Origin: Carpediemonas membranifera BICM
Lineage: Eukaryota; Protista; Fornicata
Reading direction: 5' to 3'
Assembly: GCA_019828565.1 (NCBI GenBank)
Contig: JAHDYR010000053.1
Span: 1,090,272-1,154,271 of the forward strand
DNA length: 64,000 nt
Shown: in pieces, positions 14,201-25,745 of the stretch
Layout: each line of letters opens with the position of its first letter
Position numbering within the stretch: the first letter of the stretch is position 1
The notes under the pieces: model-generated
The model's database searches: none
The model's input: the letters and a program-made list of their open reading frames with translations, nothing else
What the model was told of the DNA's origin: nothing
Translations under genes and position numbers: made by a program

Positions 14201-16814
14201 TGCTCTGGCTCACAGTGCCGCGGTGGACGAAGGTCGTCATGTCGTAGCGGCGGTACATCATGACAGTGCGGGCACCGGGGGCCGAGACGACAAGCCATTC
14301 ATCCGTCAGAAGGACCTTGCGGCCAAAGTTAAGCAGCGAGCTAGTGACAGTTGCCACGAGTTGCCACGGGACGGCGTTACCGGTGAGCTGGTAGATCTTC
14401 ACCTGCCCGTTCACAGTGCTCGTCCCAGCAAACCCAACAGCCAGGTAGAAGCTGTCCTGCGATGTCGAGGAGATGGCGAGGCCGGCCGGACCAGCGGGGG
14501 TGAACGAGCTGAGCTGTCCATTGAGAGAATGGGCGCGGTACTCGGCACACGAGAGGGCGTTCGCGGGTGTGTTGGCGGCGTCGAACACCTTTTCATCGCA
14601 CGCGCCGCACGTGTACCAGCTGGTTGGCGCCTCGCCGGCATCGCAGAAGGGCGTCAGACGCTGGGCGTCGTATGCGGTCGACATGACGATGATCTCGTGG
14701 TCGGACGAGACTAGGTCGAGTCCGTAGCGGTCGTCGGCAGCCAAACCCGAGACTGTAGTGTTGAGAGACCACTCGTTGCCGTCAAGGACGAAGAAGAACA
14801 CGCTACCGACGTGATCAAGGCCGTTAACCTCTGCTTCTGGAGCGCTGACCGTCAACTCGGCGGCTGTGAGTCGAAGAGCAGACCCAAAGAGGGTCCCAGA
14901 GCTGTATGTGGGCTCTACCACGGTCTGGCTGTAGAGATATGAGTTGCTGGTCGAGTCCCACGTGTACAAGAAGACAGCCCCGCCGTTGGCCGTGGTGCCC
15001 GTCGCAGTGGGGTCACCCACGGCCAGAGTTCCGCCGTGGTAGGCGAGGGCGGTGCCGAATGTGCCGGCAGTGTCTGGAACAGCGAGCTCGTCGCCTGTGG
15101 GGGTTGCTGTCAGGGCGGTCAGGTCGAACAGCAGGACTGCCCCGCTGCCCCCCGTCCCGGGTGATCCCACGACGATGTAGTCGTCGATAAAGAGGATGGC
15201 CGCACCGAAGTCATCGCCGCTCGTCTGGGCGCCGTACAGCGTGGCAGCAGGAACAGTTGGGTCCGCTGCGGCGAGGTCGATGAGATCAACCCGACCATAA
15301 GTGGCAGTGTGGTCGTCGTAGCTGTAGGCGAGCCTGTGGCCCATGGGCATGAGGGCAATAGCAGTGCCCATTATGTCGCTTGCATGACTCAGGGGCAGGA
15401 CGGTGCTTTGGTACGAGAGCCCATCGACTGCAAGACTGATGCCAACAGTCTCACCCGACCGTGGGAAGCAGACGACGTCAGTGTCCGTCGCCACGGCCAC
15501 CCAGTACAGGGACATCGCCACGGCCTTGCCGAAGCCCGTGTACGTCCCGGTCATGCTGAGGGTCGTGGTGTTGCCCGCGTCAGAGCCCAGCACGGTCGAG
15601 AGGACCACCTCACCGTCGTTTGAGTTGGCAGAGGGGTCACCCCGACCCATGACACCGGCGTACGTGGCTGCGGTTATCGGGTTTGGGACGTTGACCAGGC
15701 CAACAGACAGTGTAGACGCCAGCACGCACCCGGTCAGGTCAGCGGTGGGCAGCTGACTCAAGGCGCAGGTCGTGCACTCGAACGGACCAGGGTGATACGA
15801 CTTGGAGTTGCAATGCCGGACGGCGGCGAGGGTAGCGGCACCCGTGTCGGCAACGACGACGGCTGACTCAAAGACGGCGAGTCCGTCACCAAATGAGACG
15901 CCGGAGTATGCGACCGCGCTGACGAGGGTCAGGTCCTGCCCGGCCGAGTATATGTAGGCCTCCTGGGATATCCCGCACCCGACGACGACGAGGTCCCCGT
16001 AAGAGGCCAGGGTCTTCGCGGTGGACGAGCTACCGATGGTCAGGCCCGTATTAGCGATAGGCGCGGAGGGGGTGTCGATGTCGTAGACGACCACGGCGTC
16101 TGTCGCACCCGTGGCCTGGAGGACGACGAGGCGCTCAGTGGCCACTGCTCTGGCGACGGACTCGGCAAATGTGTACTGGTGGTCGCTGACGTAGAACAGC
16201 TGGAGCGTGGTGTCGGTCAGCACGGCGACATTCGGGCCCCACACGGAGAAGCCCTTGTTGCCGAAAGTTCCCGCAGTGACGGCCTCAGCGGAAACGATCG
16301 AGAAGCGCCAGTCGAACAGCCCTGTATCCTCGTTGTAGTCGAGCAGACGGATCTCGTCCTGCTCTGGGATGGAGATGTACACGTTGTCCGCATATGCCTT
16401 GAGCTCGATCGAACATGGCGCCGAGTTGCAAGCATCATAACTTTGGACGTGATCGAACGAAGTTCGGTTGTAGATATGGACACTCGTGGTGGATGCGATG
16501 AAGACGTAATCCGACGTGGCGGCGAGAGATCGGCCGAACATGTCAGATGCAGCAGGGTATGGGGCCACCATGTTCCTGTTTTCAATCCATTTGTGGCCAA
16601 CAGTCTGGTATTTGTATATATAAACCTCACCAGCGTCAGTGAAGCCGTCAATTGTGGATGAGGGGGCACCGGCGAGCAGGTATTGATCAAGAGGAAGAGA
16701 AACCGCCGTAAGCGGGGAAGTTCCGAATGAACTTAAAACGCTGGGTATGCTATATGTTGGGGATAGCAATACCAGCGGCAGAAGCGCGCCAAGTATCAAA
16801 AGAAGACGCTTCAT
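2293..16814 (-). CDS. Giant type-I membrane protein (~4,840 codons): signal peptide, many FG-GAP/integrin-alpha-like propeller repeats alternating with Cys-rich GCC2/GCC3-like repeats, TM segment, Pro-rich tail; one frameshift near 9330
   Basis: MKRLLLILGALLPLVLLS signal at 16814; repeated FGxxxA...VGAP...GxVxxF; CxxCPAGxY repeats; hydrophobic IVAVVIVLLLLLLVSFCCCIAIAAVLV. ORFs 9240..17015 and 2293..9303 join if one G is added in the GGGG run (CCCC at 9332-9335 on +). Confidence 0.85.
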
Positions 16815-17060
16815 TGCTGAAAAATTGGAATCATCCTTAACTCGCTCCCAGATGCGACGGATGATGCCAGAGCCGGAAAGACGCTTAAACCCAATTCCTG
16901 CTGACGGGTGTCTGTGTCGTGGCTCACTTTTGCCTGGATCGCTATTTAGGAATGATTGGAATCGCAATTTGCAGAAATCCACTCGAACATACATCATCGC
17001 CTGTCGGCAAGACAATGCCTAAGATGGCGCTATAGGCATACAAACACATCGTTGCGATTC

Positions 17061-18899
17061 TTATTGACCGAGGGAGTCAAATGCCTGGAGAGGGCCTGTG
17101 AGGTTGACCTCCACTCCATTGACAATGTCCCCAATAAACCGCCTCGGTGCAATCTGGGTGGGTGTACGGAAGGCCTCGATGGCGTCTAACCCGACGTCCT
17201 CATCGTCGTCCTCGTCGAGCGCGAGGACTCTGGTGAGGCGGGGGATGTCGTCACCCACAGTTGCCCAGCCCGCCTCGGTCGGGAAGTAGAAGGCAGTGTA
17301 TATCTCGTCAGCGGCCCGCCTCTCCTGTGTTCTCAGCAGGCTGACGTCGAGGGGCAGGGAGAAGACGTCGGCCCTCGAGTCAACCACCGCAGTCTCCTCG
17401 GCGTCGGCACGCACTAGCACGATGAAGCTGGGAGAGGCGAACACCCGTTTCACTGGCCACGGCAGGTTGAGGACAAGTGGGGTCTTGCTGACCAGATAGA
17501 CACTGCCCAGACTGCCCGCCGGGAGCAGCGGCGCCAGATGTGACCGGATCAGACCCGCAACAACCAGGCGGCCCTCGGATGCATAGAGGGCGGTGTCTCC
17601 GCCGGCATATACGATGGAGTCGATGCGGACGGGGGGCTCGACAAACCCGGTCAACGCCGAGTCGTGCCCGAGCCCGAACTGGGCCCAGTTGTTGTACCCC
17701 GCCATCAGTTGGCGCTTCCCATCCCCCATCAGGGCCATGTCATTGTTGACGACGAGTGAGGTCGGCATGAACCCCTTGGGAAAGGGCACGCGCTGGAATG
17801 TCGAGAAGTCCGCGTCAAGCCCACCCATGAAGTACTGCGCACCCGCCCCGGCCACCAGCATACGGATAGGTGTGCAGATTAAGGTAAAGTTCGAGCCCAT
17901 ATCGACCCGGATGATCGCGTCGGCCTTCTGCCAAGGAGGAAGGGCGGCCTCGAACTCCGCGACATCAGGGCATCCCGTGAACTTCACGCGGGTGGGGTAC
18001 TCGATGTCCTCGCCGGCAACACCGAGCTCGCCGTCCTCGTTGGCCCCCCACACAAACACTCCCCTCGGTGTTCGGGCAAATACAGCAGTGGGGCTGGTAG
18101 TCAGATCGAGGACGGGGGGCAGCCTGACCATGGTGTACGACGTGGACGTGGCCAGATGGTCGTGGGGGTATCCCATCTTGTTATGAATGGGGATGCCTCT
18201 GCTGAAGACTCGGCCCGCATACGACCGGAACAAGGTCGTCCCGTTGACGTTGAAATGCTGCTCCTCTACGGCCTGGAATGAACCCTCACGCTCAGCCACA
18301 GCCCATGAGAACCGAGTTTTCTTGCATAGGAACCACATCGCTTTGGCGGGCCCAGTCAACCGATTCCTGTCAGCATCCTCCTGGGCAATAGTACGAAACA
18401 CCGTGTCGTCCGTCTTGGAAACCCTCCACCCGTGCTCGTTGTGTACTTCCCTGTCGTCGAGGTCTGGATCTGCCCCCGCCTGCAGGAGAACAGCCCACAG
18501 CGTGCCCTGGAGCAGCGTGTGCGCGCACACGGGAAGATCCTCGCCAGCAGCCAGTGGGACGTTCATGCTCAGTCTCGGGCCATCGGTAAGGAGGACGCGG
18601 GCCCTGTCGAGCAGACGCTGTGAGTTCGGACCGAGAGTTGGGACTTTCGTGATCAAATCAAGAAGAGATTCCGACGAAGACTCGCTAATTGACTCTAATG
18701 TGGCATCAGCATCGTGGCCTAGTGATAAGGTTTCCTGAAAATGCCGCGAAAAGGCGTGAAGTATTAGCGAAGGAATATCACCAGGGATAGAAGCAGCTGC
18801 TGATCTGGAATGACGATATGCTGTAATAAGAGTGTCTTTGATAAAATTGTCGTTGTCTCCTTCCCCGTTAGCGGCATTTTTCAACTTTGCATTCATCAT
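17061..18899 (-). CDS. RCC1/BLIP-II-like repeat protein
   Basis: 612-aa ORF with VFARTPRGVFVWGANEDGELG and MAGYNNWAQFGLGH RCC1-type repeats. Confidence 0.7.
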   Translation of the reverse strand: MMNAKLKNAANGEGDNDNFIKDTLITAYRHSRSAAASIPGDIPSLILHAFSRHFQETLSLGHDADATLESISESSSESLLDLITKVPTLGPNSQRLLDRARVLLTDGPRLSMNVPLAAGEDLPVCAHTLLQGTLWAVLLQAGADPDLDDREVHNEHGWRVSKTDDTVFRTIAQEDADRNRLTGPAKAMWFLCKKTRFSWAVAEREGSFQAVEEQHFNVNGTTLFRSYAGRVFSRGIPIHNKMGYPHDHLATSTSYTMVRLPPVLDLTTSPTAVFARTPRGVFVWGANEDGELGVAGEDIEYPTRVKFTGCPDVAEFEAALPPWQKADAIIRVDMGSNFTLICTPIRMLVAGAGAQYFMGGLDADFSTFQRVPFPKGFMPTSLVVNNDMALMGDGKRQLMAGYNNWAQFGLGHDSALTGFVEPPVRIDSIVYAGGDTALYASEGRLVVAGLIRSHLAPLLPAGSLGSVYLVSKTPLVLNLPWPVKRVFASPSFIVLVRADAEETAVVDSRADVFSLPLDVSLLRTQERRAADEIYTAFYFPTEAGWATVGDDIPRLTRVLALDEDDDEDVGLDAIEAFRTPTQIAPRRFIGDIVNGVEVNLTGPLQAFDSLGQ

Positions 18900-19033
18900 C
18901 GTTGGCTCCCGGTGTCACAGCAGCTCTCGGATCAAACGGCAGTCAACCGATCCAGCAACCCCGGTATATCTTGGTGGTGATAGCACTCAGCTGCTGATAT
19001 TTAGTCCGCGTTAAATCCACCCCACCCCAGCCT

Positions 19034-19700
19034 CTATCTGAGACGATACTTGCCTCGACAGCAGTCGGCCTCCTTCCCGCCGTGCGACAGCCACACCCAC
19101 ATGCAGAAGTCCGTTGCACCGACAGGCATCCCGACTTCACCCGCGGAAAAGGCCACCATCGCTTCTACAGCAGGCCTGTCAGTGCCCCAGCCTAATCCCG
19201 CGGCCAATCGGATCATATGAAGGTCCGGCTTGGCGACACTGACCAGCCCAATGTTCCTGGCGAGGTGAGACTTCACCACCGGCCCGATTCGGGGCAGCGT
19301 GGTGAGGTAGTCCTCACCCTGGTCCAGAAGTGTGGCACGGAACGACGACCAGCTGGCCGCAGCATCCGGGCCGTGCTTGAACCGGGTGTAGACGTCTGCA
19401 ATGGCCCTGGTCTTTGCCTTGTTTCTGAAGATCTCGCCCATTCGACCGTCATCGCCATCACACGCTGCAAGCTTCGTACTGTAAGACGCAGCTATCTTGC
19501 CCTTGAAACCAGATGCCACAACAACGTATATGTACTCCTCGAGGAAGTCATCCACATCCTCCACGAGCTCAGTCCGGGACAGGATCCACTCCAGGTCCGT
19601 GGGATGGAGCTCCTTCGTGAACTTGATCGCCTGCGTGATGGAAACGGCGAAAACATACCTTCTTGAACTTTGCAAGCGTTTTATCCTTCTCACCGTGCAT
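19034..19700 (-). CDS. Helix-hairpin-helix (HhH-GPD-like) DNA glycosylase-fold protein; 28-nt intron at 19631..19658
   Basis: LTTLPRIGP HhH motif followed by HLARNIG..VAKPDLH; FLEEYIYVVVASGF. Splicing gives an ATG start, MHGEKDKTLAKFKK-AIKF. Confidence 0.7.
19631..19658 (-). other. Spliceosomal intron, 28 nt
   Basis: GTATGT...CATCACGCAG; removal links the ATG at 19700 in frame to the ORF. Confidence 0.8.
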
Positions 19701-19767
19701 TTCAACGAAACCCTGCTCCCGGGCACACGGAGTTTAACGAGAATTTAGCGCTATTCTACAACAATGC

Positions 19768-20427
19768 TCAGCTAGGCAGTCGAGGCTGAGGCAGGTCTGC
19801 AGCTGTGGGTGTGTGGGGCATGGGCGTCCGCCGCCCCTCGAACTGCTCTCTCATGCTGCTCAGCAGACTTGACGTACGGGACGAGATCGTCCGCTGCAGG
19901 TCGATGTTGGTCTGCAGCACTGCATGGCACATGTCTTTGATGCTCTCTGTGATCGCTGCGTCTGGCGTGGGCCCCGCCAATGTCGCGGCTGAGAGTTTTT
20001 CGAGGCTACCCAGGAGGGTGCGGAGGTCGGCCTCGTCAGACGGGCTGAGCCCAGTGTCCTGCTCGACGAGGGTGTGAAGGATGCCTGTGAGTGCTACACC
20101 TCTCTCACTGAGCCTGTCGACGACAGCCTTGTCGATTGAGCGGCTTCTGGCTGCTTCTGCAAGGGTTCGGACAGCCGGGATGGCACGTAGAAGGAGGTCT
20201 ACGCTCATGCATGAGTCATCAATGGGATTTGATTTCGGATTTTCCTCTGTTGGGACCGCGGGGGAGAGAAGGGGCTCAGCAAAAACGGGTTTTCGCCGCT
20301 TACGGCGAGCCAGCATGACTGAAGCGAAAATGCAGGCCAATACAAGGAGAATGACAAAGATGCATAAGAACAGCAATACTATGGTAACGGCTAAACCCAG
20401 CCCAACAATTATGGCCACGTCAGCCAT
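19768..20427 (-). CDS. Hypothetical membrane-anchored protein
   Basis: 219 aa; long N-terminal hydrophobic stretch followed by RRKRRK; helical C-terminus. Confidence 0.65.
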   Translation of the reverse strand: MADVAIIVGLGLAVTIVLLFLCIFVILLVLACIFASVMLARRKRRKPVFAEPLLSPAVPTEENPKSNPIDDSCMSVDLLLRAIPAVRTLAEAARSRSIDKAVVDRLSERGVALTGILHTLVEQDTGLSPSDEADLRTLLGSLEKLSAATLAGPTPDAAITESIKDMCHAVLQTNIDLQRTISSRTSSLLSSMREQFEGRRTPMPHTPTAADLPQPRLPS

Positions 20428-20785
20428 CGTATTGTCAGATCTGCGCCCAAATTATGCACAAGAGAGACCGCCCCAGAGATGACTATGGAGCACCAGAGAA
20501 CAGCAGACCCCCACCGTTCATGACCCTTGACTTGGTCTCGACTTGTGAGGGTCATCACAGCCAAGATAACAACTACAGCAACAATCCATGTTACCGTCCA
20601 TAGATAAGATCCAACAACACAAAAACGCGCGAACACCGCAACCTGCAGTGCTAGTTAGCCCCGCATTCGCGTCTCCCACAGCTGAGGACAGTAGGGCCTT
20701 GGCGAAGTCAGTTTCGGGCCTGGAGATTGTTAGCCAGGACAGGACGAAGCTTCCGTTTGCAAAGCTCATCTTTACTCGTCGAAAG

Positions 20786-21439
20786 ATGAACATCTGTGGC
20801 TGCCTCGCGCTCGTCTGCCTCCCACCATGCTGCTCCGTGCTCGTACTGGCGGCACTCTTCGTCGTTATCGGGTTCCCGGCACAAGCGAGTGGCACGGGTG
20901 TTGTTGCGATCCCTGCGTCCTTCACCCTTGACTCTGACCTCTTTGTTATCGGATTCCAGCAGACACTTTCTGGCGATCACGGGACGACGTTGGGATACAT
21001 GTCCAGCAAGCTACTAGAGTTCAACAACGACGAGCTGATCCTGATGGACGCGTCCAAGGGCGAGGACAGTAGCAGCACGAACGCCGCCTGGAAGGATGCG
21101 GTGACGTCGGGGTTCGATGTATACAACGGGTCCACCCTCCTCGGGTATGTCGAGAAGACAGCCACGGCGACACTCCCCACGACGCTCAAGAGTAACTACA
21201 AGATCTACGACGCGGGGTCGACCCAGATCGGGGAGCTGCAGCAGAAGATCCTGACTGACCAAGAGTTTGACCTTTTCAACTCCACGGCCGACGTCGTGGC
21301 CACCATCTCGTACGATTCGCACTTCTTCAGCGGGGGAACGTGGAAGGTGACATTCGAACCTGAGCCTGACACGGCCCTGTTGCGACGGCTGCTGGTCCAT
21401 CTGCTTGCATACCTGTCGGAGGTCGCTAGTGTGGTCTGA
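20786..21439 (+). CDS. LURP-one/Tubby-C2/scramblase-like protein with N-terminal Cys-rich TM segment
   Basis: Repeated beta-hairpins (FDVYNGSTLLGYV, YKIYDAGSTQIGEL, FDLFNSTADVVATI) and a C-terminal hydrophobic helix RRLLVHLLAYL. Confidence 0.6.
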   Translation: MNICGCLALVCLPPCCSVLVLAALFVVIGFPAQASGTGVVAIPASFTLDSDLFVIGFQQTLSGDHGTTLGYMSSKLLEFNNDELILMDASKGEDSSSTNAAWKDAVTSGFDVYNGSTLLGYVEKTATATLPTTLKSNYKIYDAGSTQIGELQQKILTDQEFDLFNSTADVVATISYDSHFFSGGTWKVTFEPEPDTALLRRLLVHLLAYLSEVASVV

Positions 21440-21525
21440 TTTACATTCCCCTATTAATAATACGTATCATATAAACGAGCAGCTCTAATACTGGCAAGGT
21501 ACTGTACTTTGCTACTCTGAAGCAT

Positions 21526-22756
21526 CTACATGCCCGGCCGTCGGACTCCGTCCGGACATCCGTCGAACATGACGTGGCCGGCCGGCCGACCCTGGGGGTC
21601 CCGCAGCGAGAGGTACACCCGCCGTGTCTCGAGGTAGTCGCCGATCGGCAGCAGCCCGGTCAGCACCGTCCCCGTCGGCGTTGTCACCACCACGCCCCAG
21701 CCGGCCGCCATGCCTATGTTCCATGGACGTGCGGCGGACCTCATTCGGGTCAATGAGTGTCTCCCCGACATCGGAGAGCGGGCCCTCGAGCACGAGCTCG
21801 TCGTTGGGTTTGAACACGGATACAGTCCCACCAACGTCGATCTGAGCGGGGTGGAGGGCAACACCCGGCACTGTTGTCGGCGACTCCGCCCAGAACTTAT
21901 CGACAGTGACGTTACAGAACATGAGAGGCTGGACCTCTGCCTCTGGGATGGCGTCGAAATCAATCAGGGTCGACCCGAGCGGAGTCATTGATATAAACTC
22001 GGGTAGGTCGGCAGAGTACACCTCAACGCGGACTGAACCCACTCCTGTGACGTCGAAGGGGTCGATGCGGGCACAGCCGTCGAACCCCACGCCATGCGGG
22101 GCCGACTTGAACAAGATGGACTGCCCGTCGGGCGTGCGGATGATGACGATGACGTACTTGAAGTCCTCCGTCGTCTGGTGTACTGTGAGTGCGATGCGCC
22201 GACATGGCCTCTCGAAGCTGTCCTTGGTGAAGCGGGCCTGAACGATGTACGCCTGCAGCATGTCCCGCCACAGCGCCACGACAGGCGCTGGCCCGCCCAT
22301 GAACAACGTCCGCTTGGGGGAGTGCAGCACGATGCCGGTCTCGCAGGACTTCGGCCGTTTGAACTCGGGCGGGAACAGCGTCACGGCCGTAATGTCCTTG
22401 AACGATTGGTGGTAGTACACCTGGGAGAAAGGGGACATGCCGTCGAGGCTGGTGATGAAGCAGGGGGTGATCTGGTGGGTCCGCTGGGCCCACTTGCTCT
22501 TGCCCAGCGCCATTTTCCAGAAAGTATGGAAGCGAGATGATGTTTGGTGAATCTCTACATCGCAGAATGGCAGCTCCGGCTCCGCTGTAGGCTTTATCGG
22601 CTCTACAACAGGCGTTTCAAGTAAACACTCGTTTTCGACCTCTGAGGGACGGCGTGCGATTGCCAATGGAAGTGGGATGCCTTCTTCGTCCTCTTCGGCG
22701 TCATTAACAGTCAATAGTCCCACTGCGTCCTCCCCGAATCTCTCCTCTTCAACCAT
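21526..22756 (-). CDS. Hypothetical protein with PH-like and C2-like regions; 3' part needs a frame change (probable 26-nt intron 21714..21739 plus a 1-nt indel)
   Basis: VRVEVYSAD...PLGSTLIDFDAI is C2-like; LFMGG..VALWRDMLQ is PH-like; the C-terminus continues in ORF 21526..21963. Confidence 0.5.
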
Positions 22757-22892
22757 GACGCGACTCAGATTCTTTTGCCATAAACTGCACATTGGTTGTA
22801 AATGCTCATCAGCGTCGAGCTGCTCTTGTTCTAGTCAGCAACAGCCATTCTATCATCACCCACCATCATCGTTCACAACATTCCCTTTACAT

Positions 22893-23687
22893 TTACACAT
22901 AGCCACCGCCGGGCCCGCTCAGCACGGGGTACTCCGTCAGATGGTCCCGACTGTTGGCCTGGCGGGACCGGCCTGTCTCCTTGACGTCTGCTGCGGAGCT
23001 GCAGTCCGAGTGTACGGGCCACCGTTCCTCGTCGTCAGAGGTCGAGTGGATGGCCATGGGAGGGTACCGGAGCTCCAGCCAGACCCCGAAGGCCGGTGAG
23101 TCGATGGGCAGAGTGCGGTCCACGTTCTTGCCAACAGAGAGGGTGCAGCCGCAGAGGGAGTAGTCTTCCTGCCGCTCGATCAGGAAGTCGTCGATGGCAG
23201 CGAACACTGCCTCCGCGTGGCGCTTATTCTGGCCGCCCTGGACGATCAGCGAGGGCACGGTGACGAAGACGATGACCATGGCGACAAAGGCGGATAGGAG
23301 CGCGATGACAGGACAGACGAAGATCACGACCAGCTTGGCCTCACTGTACTGCGCCGTCGTAGCATAGTAGAAACCGGCAGTGGTGCAGGTGGCGACGATC
23401 ATGAGCAGAAAGGCGATGATGCAGGCGATGGGGCCTGCAGCACGGAGACGGAAGGGGAGACGAGTGGGCTTTGGCCAGGTCTTTGATAGACGCTCGTTAA
23501 TCCCGGTGAGAATCGTTTCATTGGAATCAGGGAGCAGAACGGAGTTCACAAGGCCAGGGAACTGGCTGGTAAGCTCAATGTTCCATCCGGAAGCGCTGCG
23601 ATGGCGTCTGAAAGGCAATACGAGCAAACCAGGACCATTTTGAGGTGGATAGGTGGCTTTGTAGAGCAGATGCTTCTTTTCAAACAT
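22893..23687 (-). CDS. Hypothetical two-TM membrane protein
   Basis: Long ORF with two hydrophobic segments (IACIIAFLLMIVA; LVVIFVCPVIALLSAFVAMVIVFV). Confidence 0.6.
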   Translation of the reverse strand: MFEKKHLLYKATYPPQNGPGLLVLPFRRHRSASGWNIELTSQFPGLVNSVLLPDSNETILTGINERLSKTWPKPTRLPFRLRAAGPIACIIAFLLMIVATCTTAGFYYATTAQYSEAKLVVIFVCPVIALLSAFVAMVIVFVTVPSLIVQGGQNKRHAEAVFAAIDDFLIERQEDYSLCGCTLSVGKNVDRTLPIDSPAFGVWLELRYPPMAIHSTSDDEERWPVHSDCSSAADVKETGRSRQANSRDHLTEYPVLSGPGGGYV

Positions 23688-23934
23688 TATTGAGAGAATG
23701 AAGTTCAACCTGCGGTCGATCACACGGATGCAGGCACCAATCAGAATCCAATCAAATACCAGGACCCAAGATTACTCGCAGAAGCACAGATCAGGGCGGC
23801 ACACATCTCGTGGATGGATAGCGCCACTTCAGTCACAGGGTATCGCCGCATGTCACGAGTGAGTCTGTTCGATGGGCTCGAAGGACCTCGACTCTGAGCA
23901 TCTGCTGACTTATTTAGAATACAGGAACATCGCC

Positions 23935-24511
23935 CTACATGACGGGTACCGATATCAGGGTGGGGCCGGCCGCCTCCTCCTCCGTCTCGGTGTCCAGGTC
24001 ATGGTCTGCTGAGGACAGGCCAGCAGTCGCCCCACTGGACTTGATATCATCTGGAACGCTGCGATTGCGGTTGTATAGACCGGCCATGACACGCTGGGGG
24101 TCCTCCGTGATGGAGACGACGCCAACCTCAGAGGCGCCGCGGGTGCGGGCATTCTGGAACCACTGTGTGAGTGATGGAACGGAGACATACTGTCCGGACG
24201 CGGGTGGTCTCGAGACCGATGTACTTTGCGATATTACTGATGGCCTCTCTCGATGGGTAACGATTGGTCTTGAAGCAGCCGACAAGGATGCTATACTGAT
24301 GTGATGAGAAGCACCGACCACGCCTTCCACGTATTTGATTGCGTTGCTTCTTTCTTATTGGCAATTTGGGGGCAGTGGAGCCTTCAATTCGCCGAAGTTC
24401 TTCCATAGCTGCCACCAGCGCTTGGGAGAGTTGTTCAGTGGTCAAATTATCGCTACTAGAAGCATTCAAAGCATATTTGCTGTCATTTGCTCCTTCTTCG
24501 GCAAAATTCAT
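23935..24511 (-). CDS. Homeodomain transcription factor (Q50); 28-nt intron at 24163..24190
   Basis: Spliced product RRGRCFSSHQYSILVGCFKTNRYPSREAISNIAKYIGLETTRVRT-WFQNARTR. Confidence 0.85.
24163..24190 (-). other. Spliceosomal intron, 28 nt (homeobox helix 3)
   Basis: GTATGT...CACTCACACAG; removal restores VRT-WFQN. Confidence 0.9.
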
Positions 24512-24986
24512 GAGACACAAAGAGAAGTGCTTTTTGGTTCGGTCTGGCGAATTTGTTTCCACTTTTTTCTGGCCGGCAATGATCCAGATATCCGTCATGC
24601 GACATGGCATGGAGCCGACTGAACTCTCCGAGTTGACCCTTGTACCATTCAAAATGAATTTCCTTTTTTCCAGCAAATCTCGTACAACCCGAAAAAGATG
24701 GGAATTGATCATCAGAAAATTGCATTGAAAAATTCATTTGCGCGGCAGTTTCGTTCCCATTGGCGGATTGGACCGGGCGTGGAGCGACAGTACAGCCAGA
24801 ACTCTCTTCATTGTGTCTCCCCAATTTTGCCATCAATTTTTTTGGGAAGAGGAGAAACGTCTTCTGGCTGACACAAGCACCACTGGGGGGCGAGAGGAGG
24901 TGGGGCGAGGCCTTCCCGGAAAATAGGGTATTCTCCTTTTCGGCAAAAATGGCTGAAACGTTCCTTTCGCTCAAGTCGCATTCACA

Positions 24987-25745
24987 ATGGCTGGTTTCGG
25001 CAAGGCTAAAGGAAAGAAGGGCAAGAAGGCCGGCCGTAAGGCTGTTGATGCGTTCGCCAAGAAGGAGTGGTACAACATCCGCGCCCCCGCTGTCTTCACT
25101 GACCGCGATGCTGGTGTTACCTGCGTGAACCGCACCCAGGGTACTCGCATTGCCTCCGACTCTCTTAAGGGCCGCGTTTTCGAGATCAACCTCGCTGATC
25201 TCCAGAACGACGAGGAGGTTGGCTTCCGCAAGATGCTCCTCCGCTGCGACGATGTCCGCGGTGACGACGTCCTCACCAACTTCCACGGCATGGAGATGAC
25301 CTCCGAGAAGAAGTACTCTCTTGTCCGCAAGTGGCAGACCATGGTTGAGAACTCCATCGACATCCGCACCATCGAGGGCTACGTTTTCCGTGTCTTCTCC
25401 GTTGCTTTCACGAAGAAGAAGTACGGCCAGGCCAAGCGTAACTGCTACGCCCAGACTGCCCAGGTCAAGCAGATCCGCCGCAAGATGACTGAGGTCCTCG
25501 AGAAGGAGTGCCGCGATTGCACCATCAGCAAGTTCTTCGAGAAGGTCATGCAGGAGTCTATCTCCAAGGACATCGAGAAGTCCTGCTCCGCCATCTTCCC
25601 CCTCCAGAACTGCTACGTCACCCGCGTGAAGCTCGTCCGTGCCCCCAAGGTCAACCTTAACCTTATCACCGACATCCACACCGACAAGAAGGTCGACGCC
25701 GGCAAGAAGGTCGAGAAGGTTGCCCCTTCCAGCATCGATGCTTAA
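24987..25745 (+). CDS. RPS3A: 40S ribosomal protein eS1 (S3a), copy 1
   Basis: KKEWYNIRAP, NRTQGTRIASDSLKGRVFE, LTNFHGM, SLVRKWQT, IFPLQN; strongly biased codons. Confidence 0.97.
   Translation: MAGFGKAKGKKGKKAGRKAVDAFAKKEWYNIRAPAVFTDRDAGVTCVNRTQGTRIASDSLKGRVFEINLADLQNDEEVGFRKMLLRCDDVRGDDVLTNFHGMEMTSEKKYSLVRKWQTMVENSIDIRTIEGYVFRVFSVAFTKKKYGQAKRNCYAQTAQVKQIRRKMTEVLEKECRDCTISKFFEKVMQESISKDIEKSCSAIFPLQNCYVTRVKLVRAPKVNLNLITDIHTDKKVDAGKKVEKVAPSSIDA

Noticed and set aside
20409-20636. 75-aa hydrophobic minus-strand ORF between divergent genes
   Set aside because: Non-ATG start, short, no recognisable motif.
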